From an uncultured Chloroflexia bacterium (GTDB taxonomy: Bacteria; Chloroflexota; Limnocylindria; QHBO01): a stretch of DNA of 64,000 nucleotides. The DNA lies in the NCBI GenBank assembly GCA_963825525.1, contig CAWGTN010000002.1, positions 1,152,001-1,216,000 of the forward strand, given 5' to 3'. Shown in pieces: positions 10,705-21,581 of the stretch. Each line of letters begins with the position of its first letter. Within the stretch, counting starts at the first letter, position 1. The translations under genes were made by a program, and so were the position numbers. Below the pieces are notes generated by a model, which saw nothing but the letters and a program-made list of their open reading frames with translations, made no database searches and was not told the origin of the DNA.

Positions 10705-12364
10705 CGGTGAGCTCGAACCAGAAGAAGTCGTGCGGCCCCAGCGTCAGCAGATACGGCAGCTCGCCGACCGCCGGGAAGTGCACGCGCCCGATGAGCTCGA
10801 CCGGCACGCGGCCGGCGAAGCGGCCGAGATCCAGCTCCACGTACTGGGCGAATCGCGACAGGTTCGCCACGCACAGGATCGAGACGCCCTCGTGCTCGCG
10901 GAGGTAGGCAAGCACCTTTCGGTTCTCCGGATGCAGGAAGTCCAGCGAGCCGCGGCCGAAGACAGGATGCGTGCGGCGGACGCGGATGAGGCGCTTCATC
11001 CAGTTGAGCAGCGAACCCGGGACGCGATCCTGCGATTCGACATTGACCGCCTGGTATCCGTAGACCGGGTCGGCGACCAGCGGCGCGTACAGCGCATGGA
11101 TATCCGACTTGCTGAAGCCCGCGTTGCGATCGCCGGTCCACTGCATCGGCGTGCGGACGCCGTTGCGGTCGCCCAGGTAGACGTTGTCGCCCATCCCGAT
11201 CTCGTCACCGTAGTAGATGACCGGCGTGCCGTGCATGCTGAAGAGCAGCGAGTTCAGGAGCTCGATCCGGCGCCGGGAGTTGTCGACCAGCGGGGCGAGG
11301 CGCCGCCGGATGCCAACGTTGATCCGCATCCGCGCGTCCTTCGCGTACTCGGTGTACATGTAGTCACGCTCTTCATCCGTGACCATCTCGAGCGTCAGCT
11401 CGTCGTGGTTGCGCAGGAAGAGCGCCCATTGCGCTCCATCGGGCAGCTCCGGCGTCTGTTCCATGATCTCGACGATCGGAAATCGATCCTCTCGTCGAAG
11501 CGCGATCCAGATCCTGGGCATGAGCGGAAAGTGGAACGCCATGTGGCATTCGGGCTCCTCGGCGGTGCCGAAGTACGGCAGCACGTCCGGGGCCCACTGG
11601 TTCGCCTCGGCCAGCAGCATGCGGCCCTCGTAGCGCGCATCCATGTCCGCCCGAATGCGCCGCAGGACCGCATGCGTCTCCGGAAGGTTCTCCCCGCTCG
11701 TGCCCTCGCGTTCGACGAGATAGGGCACCGCGTCGAGCCGGAGCCCATCGACGCCCAGGTCCAGCCAGAAGCGCATGACCCGGATCACGGCCTTGACGAC
11801 CTGGGGGTTGTCGAAGTTCAGATCAGGCTGGTGGCTGAAGAAGCGATGCCAGTAATACTGCTGCGACTCCTGGTCCCAGGTCCAGTTGCTGGTCTCGGTG
11901 TCGGTGAAGATGATCCGGGCATCGCTGTACTTCTGGTCGGTGTCGCTCCACACGTACCAGTCGCGCTTCGGATTCTTCCTGCTCGATCGCGACTCGACGA
12001 ACCACGGGTGCTGGTCGCTGGTGTGGTTGATGACCAGCTCGGTGATGACCCGCAGCCCGCGCCGATGCGCCTCGCGCACGAATGCCCGGAACTCCTTGAG
12101 CGACCCATAGTCCGGATGGACCTGGGTGAACGCCGCGATGTCGTACCCGTCATCGCGCAGGGGCGACGGGTAGAACGGCAATAGCCAGACGGCGGTAACG
12201 CCCAGGCTGGCGATGTAGTCGAGACGCTCCGCCAATCCCAGGAAGTCGCCCACGCCATCGTTCGTCGAGTCCATGAAGGCCTTGACGTGGAGCTGGTAGA
12301 TGATCGCATCGCGGTACCACTCGGGGTCATCGCGCAGCAGCTGCGGTGCGCCACTCACGGTCAT
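10694..12364 (-). CDS. treS: Trehalose synthase (maltose alpha-D-glucosyltransferase)
   Basis: WLLPFYPSPLRDDGYD, NHTSDQHPWF, FFSHQPDLN, LRLDAVPYL, FLRNHDELTLEMV. Confidence 0.96.
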   Translation of the reverse strand: MTVSGAPQLLRDDPEWYRDAIIYQLHVKAFMDSTNDGVGDFLGLAERLDYIASLGVTAVWLLPFYPSPLRDDGYDIAAFTQVHPDYGSLKEFRAFVREAHRRGLRVITELVINHTSDQHPWFVESRSSRKNPKRDWYVWSDTDQKYSDARIIFTDTETSNWTWDQESQQYYWHRFFSHQPDLNFDNPQVVKAVIRVMRFWLDLGVDGLRLDAVPYLVEREGTSGENLPETHAVLRRIRADMDARYEGRMLLAEANQWAPDVLPYFGTAEEPECHMAFHFPLMPRIWIALRREDRFPIVEIMEQTPELPDGAQWALFLRNHDELTLEMVTDEERDYMYTEYAKDARMRINVGIRRRLAPLVDNSRRRIELLNSLLFSMHGTPVIYYGDEIGMGDNVYLGDRNGVRTPMQWTGDRNAGFSKSDIHALYAPLVADPVYGYQAVNVESQDRVPGSLLNWMKRLIRVRRTHPVFGRGSLDFLHPENRKVLAYLREHEGVSILCVANLSRFAQYVELDLGRFAGRVPVELIGRVHFPAVGELPYLLTLGPHDFFWFELTDGG

Positions 12365-12411
12365 CGGCCTGGGTGCCTCCTGCGTTTGAGAACTGGTGTG
12401 CGCCGGGCGGG

Positions 12412-14507
12412 TCAGCCGCGGGCCGGCCGGTCCACGGGAGAAATCGTGAAGATGCGGAACGGGTCCCCCGCCGGGTCGAGAACCATCGACAGGTCGGCGC
12501 CGACCTCGCGGGATGTCGCTCCGCTGAGGAGATCGGTCACCACGTACGGTTCGTCCCATGCGATGCCGACTGCCGGAAGGTCCGGGTGCAGGATGGCACG
12601 CTCGGGGGCCGTCGGGTCGCAGTTCACCGCCACGTACACCGGATCTCGCCACCCTTGCGGGTGACCGGTGAGCGGATCGAGCGGGCCGTCCGGCAGTGCC
12701 TTTCGATAGAAGAGCGTCCGGGTTCCCGAAACGTTCTCGAATCGGAGGTTGTCGTACAGCTGGAGCGGCGCGAGCTCGTGGCGCAGCCGGTTGAGCTCGC
12801 CCAGCAGCAACTTGATGTTGCCCCCGGCGTCCCAGTCACGCACGCGAACCTCGTACTTCTCGCTGTCCAGGTACTCCTCCCGCTCGCCGAGTCGCGCCGA
12901 CTCGCACAGCTCCCAGCCGGAGTAGATGCCGAAGCTCGACGAGAGGGTCGCGGCCAGCACGCTGCGAATGACAAACGCCGGACGGCCATGGTCCAGGTGG
13001 TGCGGATTGATGTCGTGCGTGTTCGTGAACAGGTTGCCGCGGAAGTACTCGCGCATCTCGGATTGCGTCAGCTCGGCGAGGTAATCGCGCAGGTCCGCCG
13101 CCGATTCACGCCAGGTGAAGTACGTGTAGCTCTGGGTGAAGCCGATCTTGGCCAGCATGCGCATCATCTTCGGCTTGGTGAAGGCCTCTGACAGGAAGAT
13201 CACGTCCGGATGCTGCGACTGGATCTCCCGAATCAGCCACGCCCAGAACGGAATCGGCTTGGTGTGCGGATTGTCGACCCGAAAGATTTTCACGCCTCGC
13301 TCGATCCAGACCTCGAAGACCCGCTTGAGCTCGGTCCACAGGGCGGCGCGCTCCGTCGCATTCTCGCCCTCGAAGAAGACCGGGTAGATGTCCTGGTACT
13401 TCTTCGGCGGATTCTCGGCGTACTTGATCGAACCGTCGGGCGCCCGCCGGAACCAGTCGGGATGCGAGGACACATAGGGATGGTCGGGCGAGGCCTGGAT
13501 CGCGATGTCGATCGCAACCTCCATGCCGTGGGCCTCGACCTGCTCCCGGAAGTGGAGGAACTGTTCGAGGCCGCCCAACTCTGGGGCCACGGCATCGTGT
13601 CCGCCCTCGGGTGAGCCGATGCCGTACGGCGAGCCGACGTCGTCGGCGGCGGCCTCGAGCGCGTTGTTGCGCCCCTTGCGATTCGTCGTGCCGATCGGAT
13701 GGATGGGCATCAGGTACAGGACGTCGAAGCCCATGGCCGCGATGTCGCGGGATGCGCCACTCGGCCTCGGCGAAGGTGGTGGCCGTCGAGCGCTTCGGAT
13801 CCGGGCCCTGGGAGCGGGGGAACATCGCGTACCAGGCCCCGAAACGGGCGAGCTCGCGATCGACCATCAGCGGCAGCTCGGCCGAGCGCGATGCGTGGCT
13901 TCGGTCCGGATGGCGGCGCATGGCCGCCAGCACGTCCTCGTCCGTGAAGGCGGCGATGCGCGTCGCCGCCGATCGAGCCCGCTTCCCAGCAGCCAACGCC
14001 GCGCCGATGCGCTTGACGTCCCCGGCTACTCTCCCGGCCCTGGCCCGCGTGAGCGCCTCCTCGATCAGGAGGCGTCCCTCCTCGAGCTCCGTCGGTACCG
14101 GCAGCCCGGCCTCGACCTTGCGCATCAGTCCGTCACGCCACGACCCGAAGCGATCGCGCCAGGCCTCGACCGCGTAGACGTGGCGTCGGTTGCGAGCCAG
14201 GTCGATCTCGCCGGACCAGCGGTCGTTCTCGATCATCCGCATCGGCGCCTCGCGCCACGGCGTCCTCGTCATCGGCCCGCAGCAGGAGCACCGCGTCAAG
14301 CAGGTCGTGCCCGTCGGCGAAGATGTCCGCGGTGACGAGAAGGCGATCACCGACCACGCGCTTCACGGCGTGACGTCCCCCGTCGATCTCGGGCGCAACG
14401 CGCTCGATCACGACGCTGCGCCGGTGGCCGATGGCGTCAGCACCGGGCTCGGCATCCGGGGTCACCGTGGCGATGGCGTGGCGAACGCCGGCTTTCGTGG
14501 AGGTCAT
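12412..14507 (-). CDS. glgE: Alpha-1,4-glucan:maltose-1-phosphate maltosyltransferase, split by two single-base frameshifts (~14262, ~13748)
   Basis: Three overlapping ORFs carry consecutive GlgE segments: VIERVAPEIDGGR..ADIFADGHD; WYAMFPRS; MGFDVLYLMPIHPIG..YAENPPKKYQDIYP..FRVDNPHTKP. Confidence 0.9.
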
Positions 14508-14530
14508 CGGTAGGTAAAACCCTACCCGAT
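14506..14530. promoter_or_regulatory. Near-perfect inverted repeat over the glgE start and divergent promoter; candidate operator
   Basis: ATCGGTAGG-TAAAAC-CCTACCCGAT in the 72-bp divergent gap. Confidence 0.4.
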
Positions 14531-14579
14531 CAGTTCGCTCTCCGGCAGAAACAGCCGAAGTCCGCCAGAATTCGCGGCG

Positions 14580-15845
14580 ATGCATCATCCTCGCGCAGCC
14601 GCGGCGCTCCTGGTCGGGGCGCTCGGCCTCTCGCTCACAGCGTGCGGCACCCCGGACACCTCGCCGAGCCACGGGGTTTCGCCCACGGCCTCGGCCAGCG
14701 ATCAGCCGTCGACGTCTCCGGAGTCGGCATCTGCCTCGGTCACGCCCTCGGCGAGCCCCCGCGTGTCAGCGACGCCTCCGCCGGTGGCGCTCGAGGCGGT
14801 GGCCGAGGGCCTGTCGTCACCGATCGGCATCGCACCGGCCCCGGCCGGCTGGATCATCGTCAACGAGCAGGCGGGCCGGGCGGTGGCCGTCGACCCGGCG
14901 AGCGGCGAAACGGTCACGACCCTGGATATCCGCGACCGGGTCGGCTCCGGAGGCGAGCGTGGCCTGCTGGGCCTCGCCCTTCATCCCGACTGGCCTCGCG
15001 ACGATCGCGCCTTCGTGCACTACAGCGACGCGGACGGGAACACCGTGCTCGCCGAATTCACCGGGTCACAGGATGGCGATTCGGCGCCGGTACTGGATCC
15101 GGCGTCCGAGACCGTCCTGCTCACCGCCCAGCAGCCGTTCCCGAACCACAACGGCGGCCAGGTGGCGTTCGGACCCGATGGATACCTGTGGATGGCACTC
15201 GGGGACGGCGGCGCCGGCGGCGACCCGATGGGCAACGGACAGGAACCGGCCACGCTCCTGGGCAGCATCCTGCGACTGGACGTCTCGGCACGAGGGTCCT
15301 ATGCCATCCCGGAGGACAACCCGTTCGCCGACGGTACGGGCGGAGCCCCCGAGGTCTACCTCTACGGTCTCCGCAATCCGTGGCGCTTCAGCTTCGACAA
15401 CCAGACCGGCGCGCTGTGGGTCGCCGATGTCGGTCAGGGCGCCCGCGAGGAGGTCAACCGCCTGGATCCGACAGAGGGCGGGGCGAATCTCGGCTGGAAC
15501 GTGATGGAGGGCAGCGCCTGCTACGAGGCGGCCGAATGCGCCACGGATGGCCTGGTGCTGCCGGTGGCCGAGTACGGCCACGACATCGGCTGCTCGGTGA
15601 CGGGCGGGGCGGTCTACCGCGGGGATGCGATCGAGGACCTCGTCGGCTGGTACCTCATGTCCGACTACTGCAGCGGGCTCCTGTTCGGAGTCCGCTCTGA
15701 CACCCCGTCGAACGCGGTCGCCGAGCCGCTCGTGATGCTGGAAACCGGTGCCCGCGTCAGCAGCATCGGAGCCGACGAAGGTGGCGAGCTGTACCTCACG
15801 GATCTCAGCAGCGGCACCCTCTACCGGATCGTCTCCGGAGGCTGA
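14580..15845 (+). CDS. PQQ-dependent sugar (glucose/sorbosone) dehydrogenase family lipoprotein
   Basis: Lipobox LSLTAC, Ser/Pro linker, GERGLLGLALHP, NHNGGQVAFGPDGYL, YGLRNPWRFSFD, DVGQ..EEVN. Confidence 0.9.
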   Translation: MHHPRAAAALLVGALGLSLTACGTPDTSPSHGVSPTASASDQPSTSPESASASVTPSASPRVSATPPPVALEAVAEGLSSPIGIAPAPAGWIIVNEQAGRAVAVDPASGETVTTLDIRDRVGSGGERGLLGLALHPDWPRDDRAFVHYSDADGNTVLAEFTGSQDGDSAPVLDPASETVLLTAQQPFPNHNGGQVAFGPDGYLWMALGDGGAGGDPMGNGQEPATLLGSILRLDVSARGSYAIPEDNPFADGTGGAPEVYLYGLRNPWRFSFDNQTGALWVADVGQGAREEVNRLDPTEGGANLGWNVMEGSACYEAAECATDGLVLPVAEYGHDIGCSVTGGAVYRGDAIEDLVGWYLMSDYCSGLLFGVRSDTPSNAVAEPLVMLETGARVSSIGADEGGELYLTDLSSGTLYRIVSGG

Positions 15846-16530
15846 GCCAGCGCGCCGACGGCGCGCATCGAGGTCCAGCGACCTCGGCCGATCACGAGGT
15901 GGTCGAGCAGCTCAATGTCGAGCAGCCGACCGGCCTGCGCCGAGTTCGGTGGTGATCCGCAGGTCCTCGCCCGAGGGAGCGACGTCTCCCGATGGATGGT
16001 TGTGAACGACGATGATCGCCGCGGCGCAGCGCGCGCACCGCATCCCGGAACACCTCGCCCACGCGCACGGACGAGCCTGCCAGGTTGCCCCGATACACGG
16101 TGCGCTCTGCGGTGACGACGTTCTTGGTGTCGAGGATGAGGACCCGGAGCTCCTCGCGATCAAGCGACGCCATGGCGTCCACCAGTGGCTCAGCCGCATC
16201 GGTCGGTGAGCGGATCACCCACGGCTGGGCGGGGAAGTCCGCGCGACGCGCCGGCCGACCTCCGTGCAGGCCGCGACCCGCAGGTGCGGCCGCCGCGGAC
16301 AGCCCTGCCAGCCGCAGCTCCACCGGGTGTGCCCGCGTCACCGCCCCGAGCGAGCCGAACCGATCGATCAGGCGCCGCGCGATCCTCGGCTGAGGGCCGC
16401 GCTCGCCCAATACCGTCGCGAGCAGCTCTTCCTCACTGGCCGCTTCGACGCCGTGGCGGTCGATGATGCCCGACACGCGGCCAGCCGCGGCGGCGATGGG
16501 CATCGGGGTCGGGAGCCGGTCGCGAGTCAT
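15821..16530 (-). CDS. radC: RadC-like JAB/MPN domain protein (UPF0758), several frameshifts
   Basis: [12 protein letters not shown], then [19 protein letters not shown] in a second frame and [13 protein letters not shown] in a third, ending at TAG 15821. Confidence 0.85.
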
Positions 16531-16588
16531 TGCCCGGACGGTATCGAGCGCCGATGATCGACCGCTTACGAACCGATTATCGAGCCGA

Positions 16589-17536
16589 TCAGACCGGGAG
16601 CCGAATGACCTCGAATCGCGCGAGCAGGGCAACGGCCACGGAGATTCCGTTGACGGTGGCGTGCATCGCCATCGGCGCCAGGAGGTTGCCGGTGCGCGTG
16701 TAGATCCAGGCGAGCGCCAGCCCCAGCAGGAAGATCGGTACCACCGCCACCAGCGAGACATGGATCACCGCGAACAGTGCCGCCGAGCCGATGAAGGCCC
16801 AGCGCCGGCCGCGTTCACGGAGCCAGGCATTGAAGACCACGCCGCGGAAGAAGACCTCCTCCGCGATCGGCGCCAGGATGACCACGGCAACGACGACCAG
16901 CACCGGATCGACCGTCGCGATGGCCCGCTCCGCGGCCTGCGGCTCAACGCCGATCCCCACGCGCTCCAGGATCCACACCACGGCCGCCACGACGAGCGTG
17001 GAGCCGACCCACGCGACGATCCCCCAGCCGAAGCCGCGACGCAGGGCACCGATCGGGTCGCGACCGGGGAGGGACGGCAGCGCGCTCAGGGCCCCGGGCA
17101 GAAAGACGAGGAACCAGCTGACGAGCAGGAGCGACACCTGCGTCGCCATGAGAATGACGGCGGCTCCCAGGGCTGTCAGCACGCCCGTGCCCAGGACGAG
17201 GGAGGTGGCATCACGCCCGAACGGCGCGGTGAGGATCGTGGTGATCACGAAGACCAGCAGCAGGAGGAGGAGGACCGACGGTCCCCGGTACCGTTCGGGG
17301 GCCAGGAAACGCCTCACCCGCAGCTGCCGGATTGCGACGTACAGCAGGCCGGCAACGAACAGGAAGGCGCCAAGGATGGCCAACCACCCGTAGATCCGCG
17401 TATCGCCGATGTCCAGGGCAAGCTCGGGACTGGTGGCAGCGCCGATGACGCCCAGCGATCCGACGGCGAGGAGCCCGCCGAGTACCGCCATCACCGGTCC
17501 CGGCCAGCCGGGCATGGTCACGGATCCCGGACCCAC
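16589..17536 (-). CDS. CPBP (CAAX/Abi) family intramembrane metalloprotease
   Basis: APIAEEVFFRG, FAVIH, HATVN motifs and many TM segments; start uncertain. Confidence 0.88.
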   Translation of the reverse strand: MGPGSVTMPGWPGPVMAVLGGLLAVGSLGVIGAATSPELALDIGDTRIYGWLAILGAFLFVAGLLYVAIRQLRVRRFLAPERYRGPSVLLLLLLVFVITTILTAPFGRDATSLVLGTGVLTALGAAVILMATQVSLLLVSWFLVFLPGALSALPSLPGRDPIGALRRGFGWGIVAWVGSTLVVAAVVWILERVGIGVEPQAAERAIATVDPVLVVVAVVILAPIAEEVFFRGVVFNAWLRERGRRWAFIGSAALFAVIHVSLVAVVPIFLLGLALAWIYTRTGNLLAPMAMHATVNGISVAVALLARFEVIRLPV

Positions 17537-17616
17537 GGTGGGATGCGGCCCGGTCGGCAGGGTGCTCGGTCCAGCGGGCTCGCCCGGTTCGGGGCCAGTC
17601 GGTGGCCGGTCGGGGG

Positions 17617-18195
17617 TCAGGTGTTCGGAGCCTCGCGCAGACGCCCGTGCTCAGCGGTGGCGTCCGGCTCGTGCGAAGCGGCGGACGTTGCGCTGCGACG
17701 CGACGGTCGATGCGACTCGCCGCCGAAGTCCGTGCCGCAGAACGCGCACAGCGGCCAGGTCGGATCGGCCAGTCGGTTGCAGGAGGGACAGACCCGATGC
17801 AGACGCGTGCGGCAGTTCGGGCAGACCAGCCATTCGGAGTCGACGCGATCGCGGCAGACCGGACACAGCTCGTTCTTCTCGACCTCGGCCAGCAGGCTCT
17901 CCTCCGCCAGCGAGCGCTCGTAGACCTCGGCCAGCGATTCGCGCGGGCGCACGATGAGGTAAAGAACGACGGCGAAGATGAAGAGCAGCGGCGTGAAGAA
18001 GATGATCAGCGCGGCCGCGAAATACGGGAGGATCGGGTTCTCCGTGCGGGCCTGCATGTCGCGGAATGCCCAGTAGGCGGTCCCGAGCCACAGCAGGACG
18101 ACGTAGATCACGATCAGCTGGCTTGCCAGCTGTACGACCGGATTGCCGAGGAATCCGTCCCAGAACTCGCCGATCGGTCCGAGAATCGCGTCCAT
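17617..18195 (-). CDS. Membrane protein with C-terminal double zinc ribbon
   Basis: Two TM segments, YLIVRPRE, then CPVC..CPNC..CPSC..CAFC. Confidence 0.8.
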   Translation of the reverse strand: MDAILGPIGEFWDGFLGNPVVQLASQLIVIYVVLLWLGTAYWAFRDMQARTENPILPYFAAALIIFFTPLLFIFAVVLYLIVRPRESLAEVYERSLAEESLLAEVEKNELCPVCRDRVDSEWLVCPNCRTRLHRVCPSCNRLADPTWPLCAFCGTDFGGESHRPSRRSATSAASHEPDATAEHGRLREAPNT

Positions 18196-18845
18196 CAGTA
18201 CCTGTCTGGCCTCTCCTGCGTGGTCTGCGCACCACTCGGAGCGCCACCGATCATGCTAGCACGCATCGTGCCCGCGGCCGGACGGGCCATGAGGGCCAGG
18301 GTCGACACCAGCAGCCGGTGCTCGACGGCGAGAACGCGAGCTGCCAGGCCATCGGCGTCGTCGCCCGCCAGGACCGCGACTCGCTCCTGCGCGAGAACGG
18401 GTCCCGCATCCAGGTCCGCCGTGACTTCGTGAATCGTCACGCCGGTCTCGCGGTCCCCCGCCGCCAGCACGGCGCGGTGGACTGCCAGTCCGACCATCCC
18501 CGCACCACCGTGGGAGGGCAGCAGGCTGGGATGGATGTTGACCGTCCGGCCACCGTAGGCGGCGAAGTACGAGGGTCGAAGCACCTGGTCGTAGCCGGCG
18601 AGGACGACCAGGTCCACGGCCGCCAGGCGCAGCGCACTGCCGATGGCCGCATCCCGCTCGGTCGCGTCCGGATGATCAGCGCGACGCATGACCGATGTCG
18701 GGACGCCATGGCCCTCGGCAACGTCGAGGGCAGGGACGCCGGGGCGATTGCTGATGACGAGGACGGTGTCGACGAACGGGATCCGGCCCTCGAGGATGGC
18801 CCGCAGGTTCGAGCCTCGCCCGGAGACAAGGACCGCGACCCTCAT
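18195..18845 (-). CDS. purN: Phosphoribosylglycinamide formyltransferase
   Basis: VAVLVSGRGSNL, NIHPSLLP, ETGVTIH..DAGP; ATGA overlap with purM. Confidence 0.95.
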   Translation of the reverse strand: MRVAVLVSGRGSNLRAILEGRIPFVDTVLVISNRPGVPALDVAEGHGVPTSVMRRADHPDATERDAAIGSALRLAAVDLVVLAGYDQVLRPSYFAAYGGRTVNIHPSLLPSHGGAGMVGLAVHRAVLAAGDRETGVTIHEVTADLDAGPVLAQERVAVLAGDDADGLAARVLAVEHRLLVSTLALMARPAAGTMRASMIGGAPSGAQTTQERPDRY

Positions 18846-19872
18846 GCGAACCGGACGCGCGGCTCGTCCTCGGCGACTGCCACGACGCGGCCGATGCGGT
18901 GCGCGTCCTCGACCGCGGCCAGCGCCGTCGCGACGTGCGCCTCGGGCACGACAACCGTCATGCCGATCCCGAGGTTGAACGTTCGGACCATCTCCTCGTC
19001 GGCGATGTCGGCGCTGGCCTGGATGAGCGTGAAGATCGATGGGATCGGCCACGAGCCTGACTCGACCAGGACGCCAAGTCCCGCCGGCAGCGTGCGTGGC
19101 ACGTTGCCCTCCCAGCCGCCACCCGTGATGTGGGCCAACGCGCCGATATCGGATCCGGCCTTCCTCATCGCGGCCCGCATGGCCCGCACGTCGTCCAGGT
19201 ACGACCGATGTGGCTCCAGCAGTGCATCCCCGACGGTGCGGCCGCCCTCCGGCATCGGCCTGGTCCAGGTCTCCTCCGGCAGAACGCGACGCGCCAGGCT
19301 GTAGCCGTTGGTGTGCAGGCCGGACGATGCCAGCCCGATGACCGCGTCGCCGGGCTCCACCCGCGAGCCGTCGATGAGGTCCGCCCGCGAGACCACGCCC
19401 ACCACGAACCCGGCAAGGTCGTACTCGGCGCCCCGGTAGAGGTCGGGCATCTGCGCCGTCTCGCCGCCGACCAGCGGGACGCCCGCGGCCGCACATCCCG
19501 CGGCGACGCCGCCCACGATCTCCTCGACGATGTCCGCGCGCAGGTCGCCCATGGCGAGGTAGTCGAGGAAGAAGAGCGGGGTCGCTCCGCTGACCACGAT
19601 GTCGTTGACGCAGGCGTTGACCAGGTCGACCCCGATCGTGTCATGCCGTCCGAGGCCGATCGCGACCATGAGCTTCGTCCCCACCCCGTCGGTGCTGCTG
19701 ACAAGGATCGGCTCGGGGTGCAGCGAGGGATCGAAGCGGACCATGCCGCCGAATCCTCCGATCTCGCCGAGCACCGACGGGTTCATCGTGGCCGCGGCGG
19801 CACGTGCAATGCGCTCGACGGCGCGATCGGCCTCCTCCACGTCGACCCCGCCTCGCGGTACGTGCGAGCCAC
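18842..19872 (-). CDS. purM: AIR synthetase (one base missing in a G run near 19847)
   Basis: GGFGG, TDGVGTK, CVNDIV..GA.PLFFLDY, GGETAQMP, SSGLHTNGYSL, HITGGG; restoring one G gives a GTG start and MARTYREAGVDVEE. Confidence 0.95.
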
Positions 19873-19875
19873 CGC

Positions 19876-21372
19876 TCAGCGGCCCTCCATGGCGAGCTTG
19901 TCGAGCTCGAGCGGGACGTCGGTCGGGTACACGCCGTCGAAGCAGGCCGTGCAGCGTCGACCGCCACGACCACCGACCGCCTCGAGCAGTGCCTCCTGCG
20001 AGAGATAGCCGAGCGTGTCGGCACCGATCGCCGCTCGGACTCCCTCGAGCGAGTGGGTGGCCGCGATGAGCTCGTCGCGCCGTCCGGTGTCGACGCCCAT
20101 GTAGCACGGGTGTCGCATCTGCGGCGAGTGGATCCGCACGTGGACCTCGCGAGCACCGGCCCGTTTCAGCATCTCGACGATCGGCCCGGTGGTGGTGCCG
20201 CGCACGATGGAGTCATCGACGACCACGACCCGCTTGTCGCGCAGCAGCTCGGGCAGCGGGTTGAACTTCATGCGAACCGCTTCGTCGCGGCTGCGCTGTG
20301 CCGGCTGGATGAAGGTGCGCCCGACGTATCGCGACTTGATGAGGCCTTCCCGGTACGGCAATCCCGATTCCTCGGCGTAGCCGATGGCGGCCGGGATCGC
20401 AGAATCCGGCACCGCGATGACGAGGTCGGCGTCCGCCGGGTGCTCCCTGGCCAGGCGTCTACCCATCTCGAGCCGCGCCTCGTACAGCAGCCGACCGTCG
20501 ATGACCGAGTCCGGCCGTGCGAGGTAGACGAACTCGAACACACAGAGTCGCTCACGCTCCGGGGCGGCGCGCGCGGAACGGAACGACTGGACCCCATCAT
20601 CATCGATCGTGACGACCTCGCCGGCATCCACGTCGCGCACGAACTGCGCACCCATGGCGTCCAGCGCCGCGCTCTCCGATGCGATGGCCCAACCTCCGCC
20701 GGGCAGCCGGCCAAGGCACAGCGGCCGGAATCCGATCGGGTCGCGAGCGGCCACCAGCGCGGTCTCGGTCAGCATGGTGAATGTGAAGGCGCCCACCGCA
20801 CGATGGAACGCATGGTCGACGCGCTGTGCCCATGTTCGGCCCGGAGCATGGGCGATGAGCTTGGCGAGCACCTCGGTGTCGGACGCGGAGCCGAACTCGA
20901 CCCCCTGCTCGGTCAGCTCGTCCCGCAGCCATGTCGCATTGGTGAGGTTGCCGTTATGGCCGAGCATCAGCTCGCCGATATCGGCCCGTGCATAGACCGG
21001 CTGGACGTTGGGCAGGGTGTTGGACCCGGTGGTGCTGTACCGCGTATGGCCGATCGCGGCCTTCGGTGGACGTCCGTCGTCGTCGCGTCCCTCCAGCCGG
21101 ATCAAGGTCTCCTCGTCGAACACGGTGCTCACCAGGCCGAGGCGCTTGTGCAGCCTCAGCTGTGTGCCGTCGGTCGTCGCGATGCCGGCGGACTCCTGGC
21201 CCCGGTGCTGAAGGGCGTGGAGGCCGATGTACGCGAGCCTGGCCACCGAGGCGTTCGGCGCCCAGATCCCCACCACGCCGCACTCTTCCCGTGGTCCATG
21301 CGGCTCGTACACGGGTAGCGCCTCACCCGAATGGTGCGTCAGGCTGATGGGCGCGCGCACGGGGTGGGTCAA
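19876..21372 (-). CDS. purF: Amidophosphoribosyltransferase
   Basis: EECGVVG, LQHRGQESAG, GHTRYST, HNGNL, VVVDDSIVRGTT; start uncertain (a TATCAT plus GTG at 21395 is out of frame). Confidence 0.96.
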   Translation of the reverse strand: MTHPVRAPISLTHHSGEALPVYEPHGPREECGVVGIWAPNASVARLAYIGLHALQHRGQESAGIATTDGTQLRLHKRLGLVSTVFDEETLIRLEGRDDDGRPPKAAIGHTRYSTTGSNTLPNVQPVYARADIGELMLGHNGNLTNATWLRDELTEQGVEFGSASDTEVLAKLIAHAPGRTWAQRVDHAFHRAVGAFTFTMLTETALVAARDPIGFRPLCLGRLPGGGWAIASESAALDAMGAQFVRDVDAGEVVTIDDDGVQSFRSARAAPERERLCVFEFVYLARPDSVIDGRLLYEARLEMGRRLAREHPADADLVIAVPDSAIPAAIGYAEESGLPYREGLIKSRYVGRTFIQPAQRSRDEAVRMKFNPLPELLRDKRVVVVDDSIVRGTTTGPIVEMLKRAGAREVHVRIHSPQMRHPCYMGVDTGRRDELIAATHSLEGVRAAIGADTLGYLSQEALLEAVGGRGGRRCTACFDGVYPTDVPLELDKLAMEGR

Positions 21373-21581
21373 GCGGATCGGTGCTGGCCGGGCACGGGCT
21401 CATGATAGCCGTCCGGGCGCTGACGGGACCGGTCGCGCAGCCACGCGGCCGACGGTACCGGGGCAGTACTGCACCAATCCCCACTCGGCCGTTTGGAGCT
21501 CGTCGGCGCGCCCGACGCCAACGCGGCGAGGGACCATCGACCCATGGTGGAGCCGGACCCCACCCGCCATGCTTCGGCGCA

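Noticed and set aside
13740-14270. Programmed frameshifting in glgE
   Set aside because: No slippery heptamer is visible at the shift sites, and similar indels occur throughout the window.
16569-16582. Possible SOS box upstream of radC (CGAAC-CGAT-TATCG)
   Set aside because: One half-site has two mismatches; too weak compared with the clear boxes.
19845-19879. Apparent CTG start of purM overlapping the purF stop
   Set aside because: Adding one G to the GGGG run gives a GTG start at 19872 and the conserved TYREAGVD N-terminus, which is simpler.
21373-21581. Purine, ZTP or PRPP riboswitch upstream of purF
   Set aside because: No consensus match, and a TATCAT -10 at 21402-21407 leaves almost no leader.
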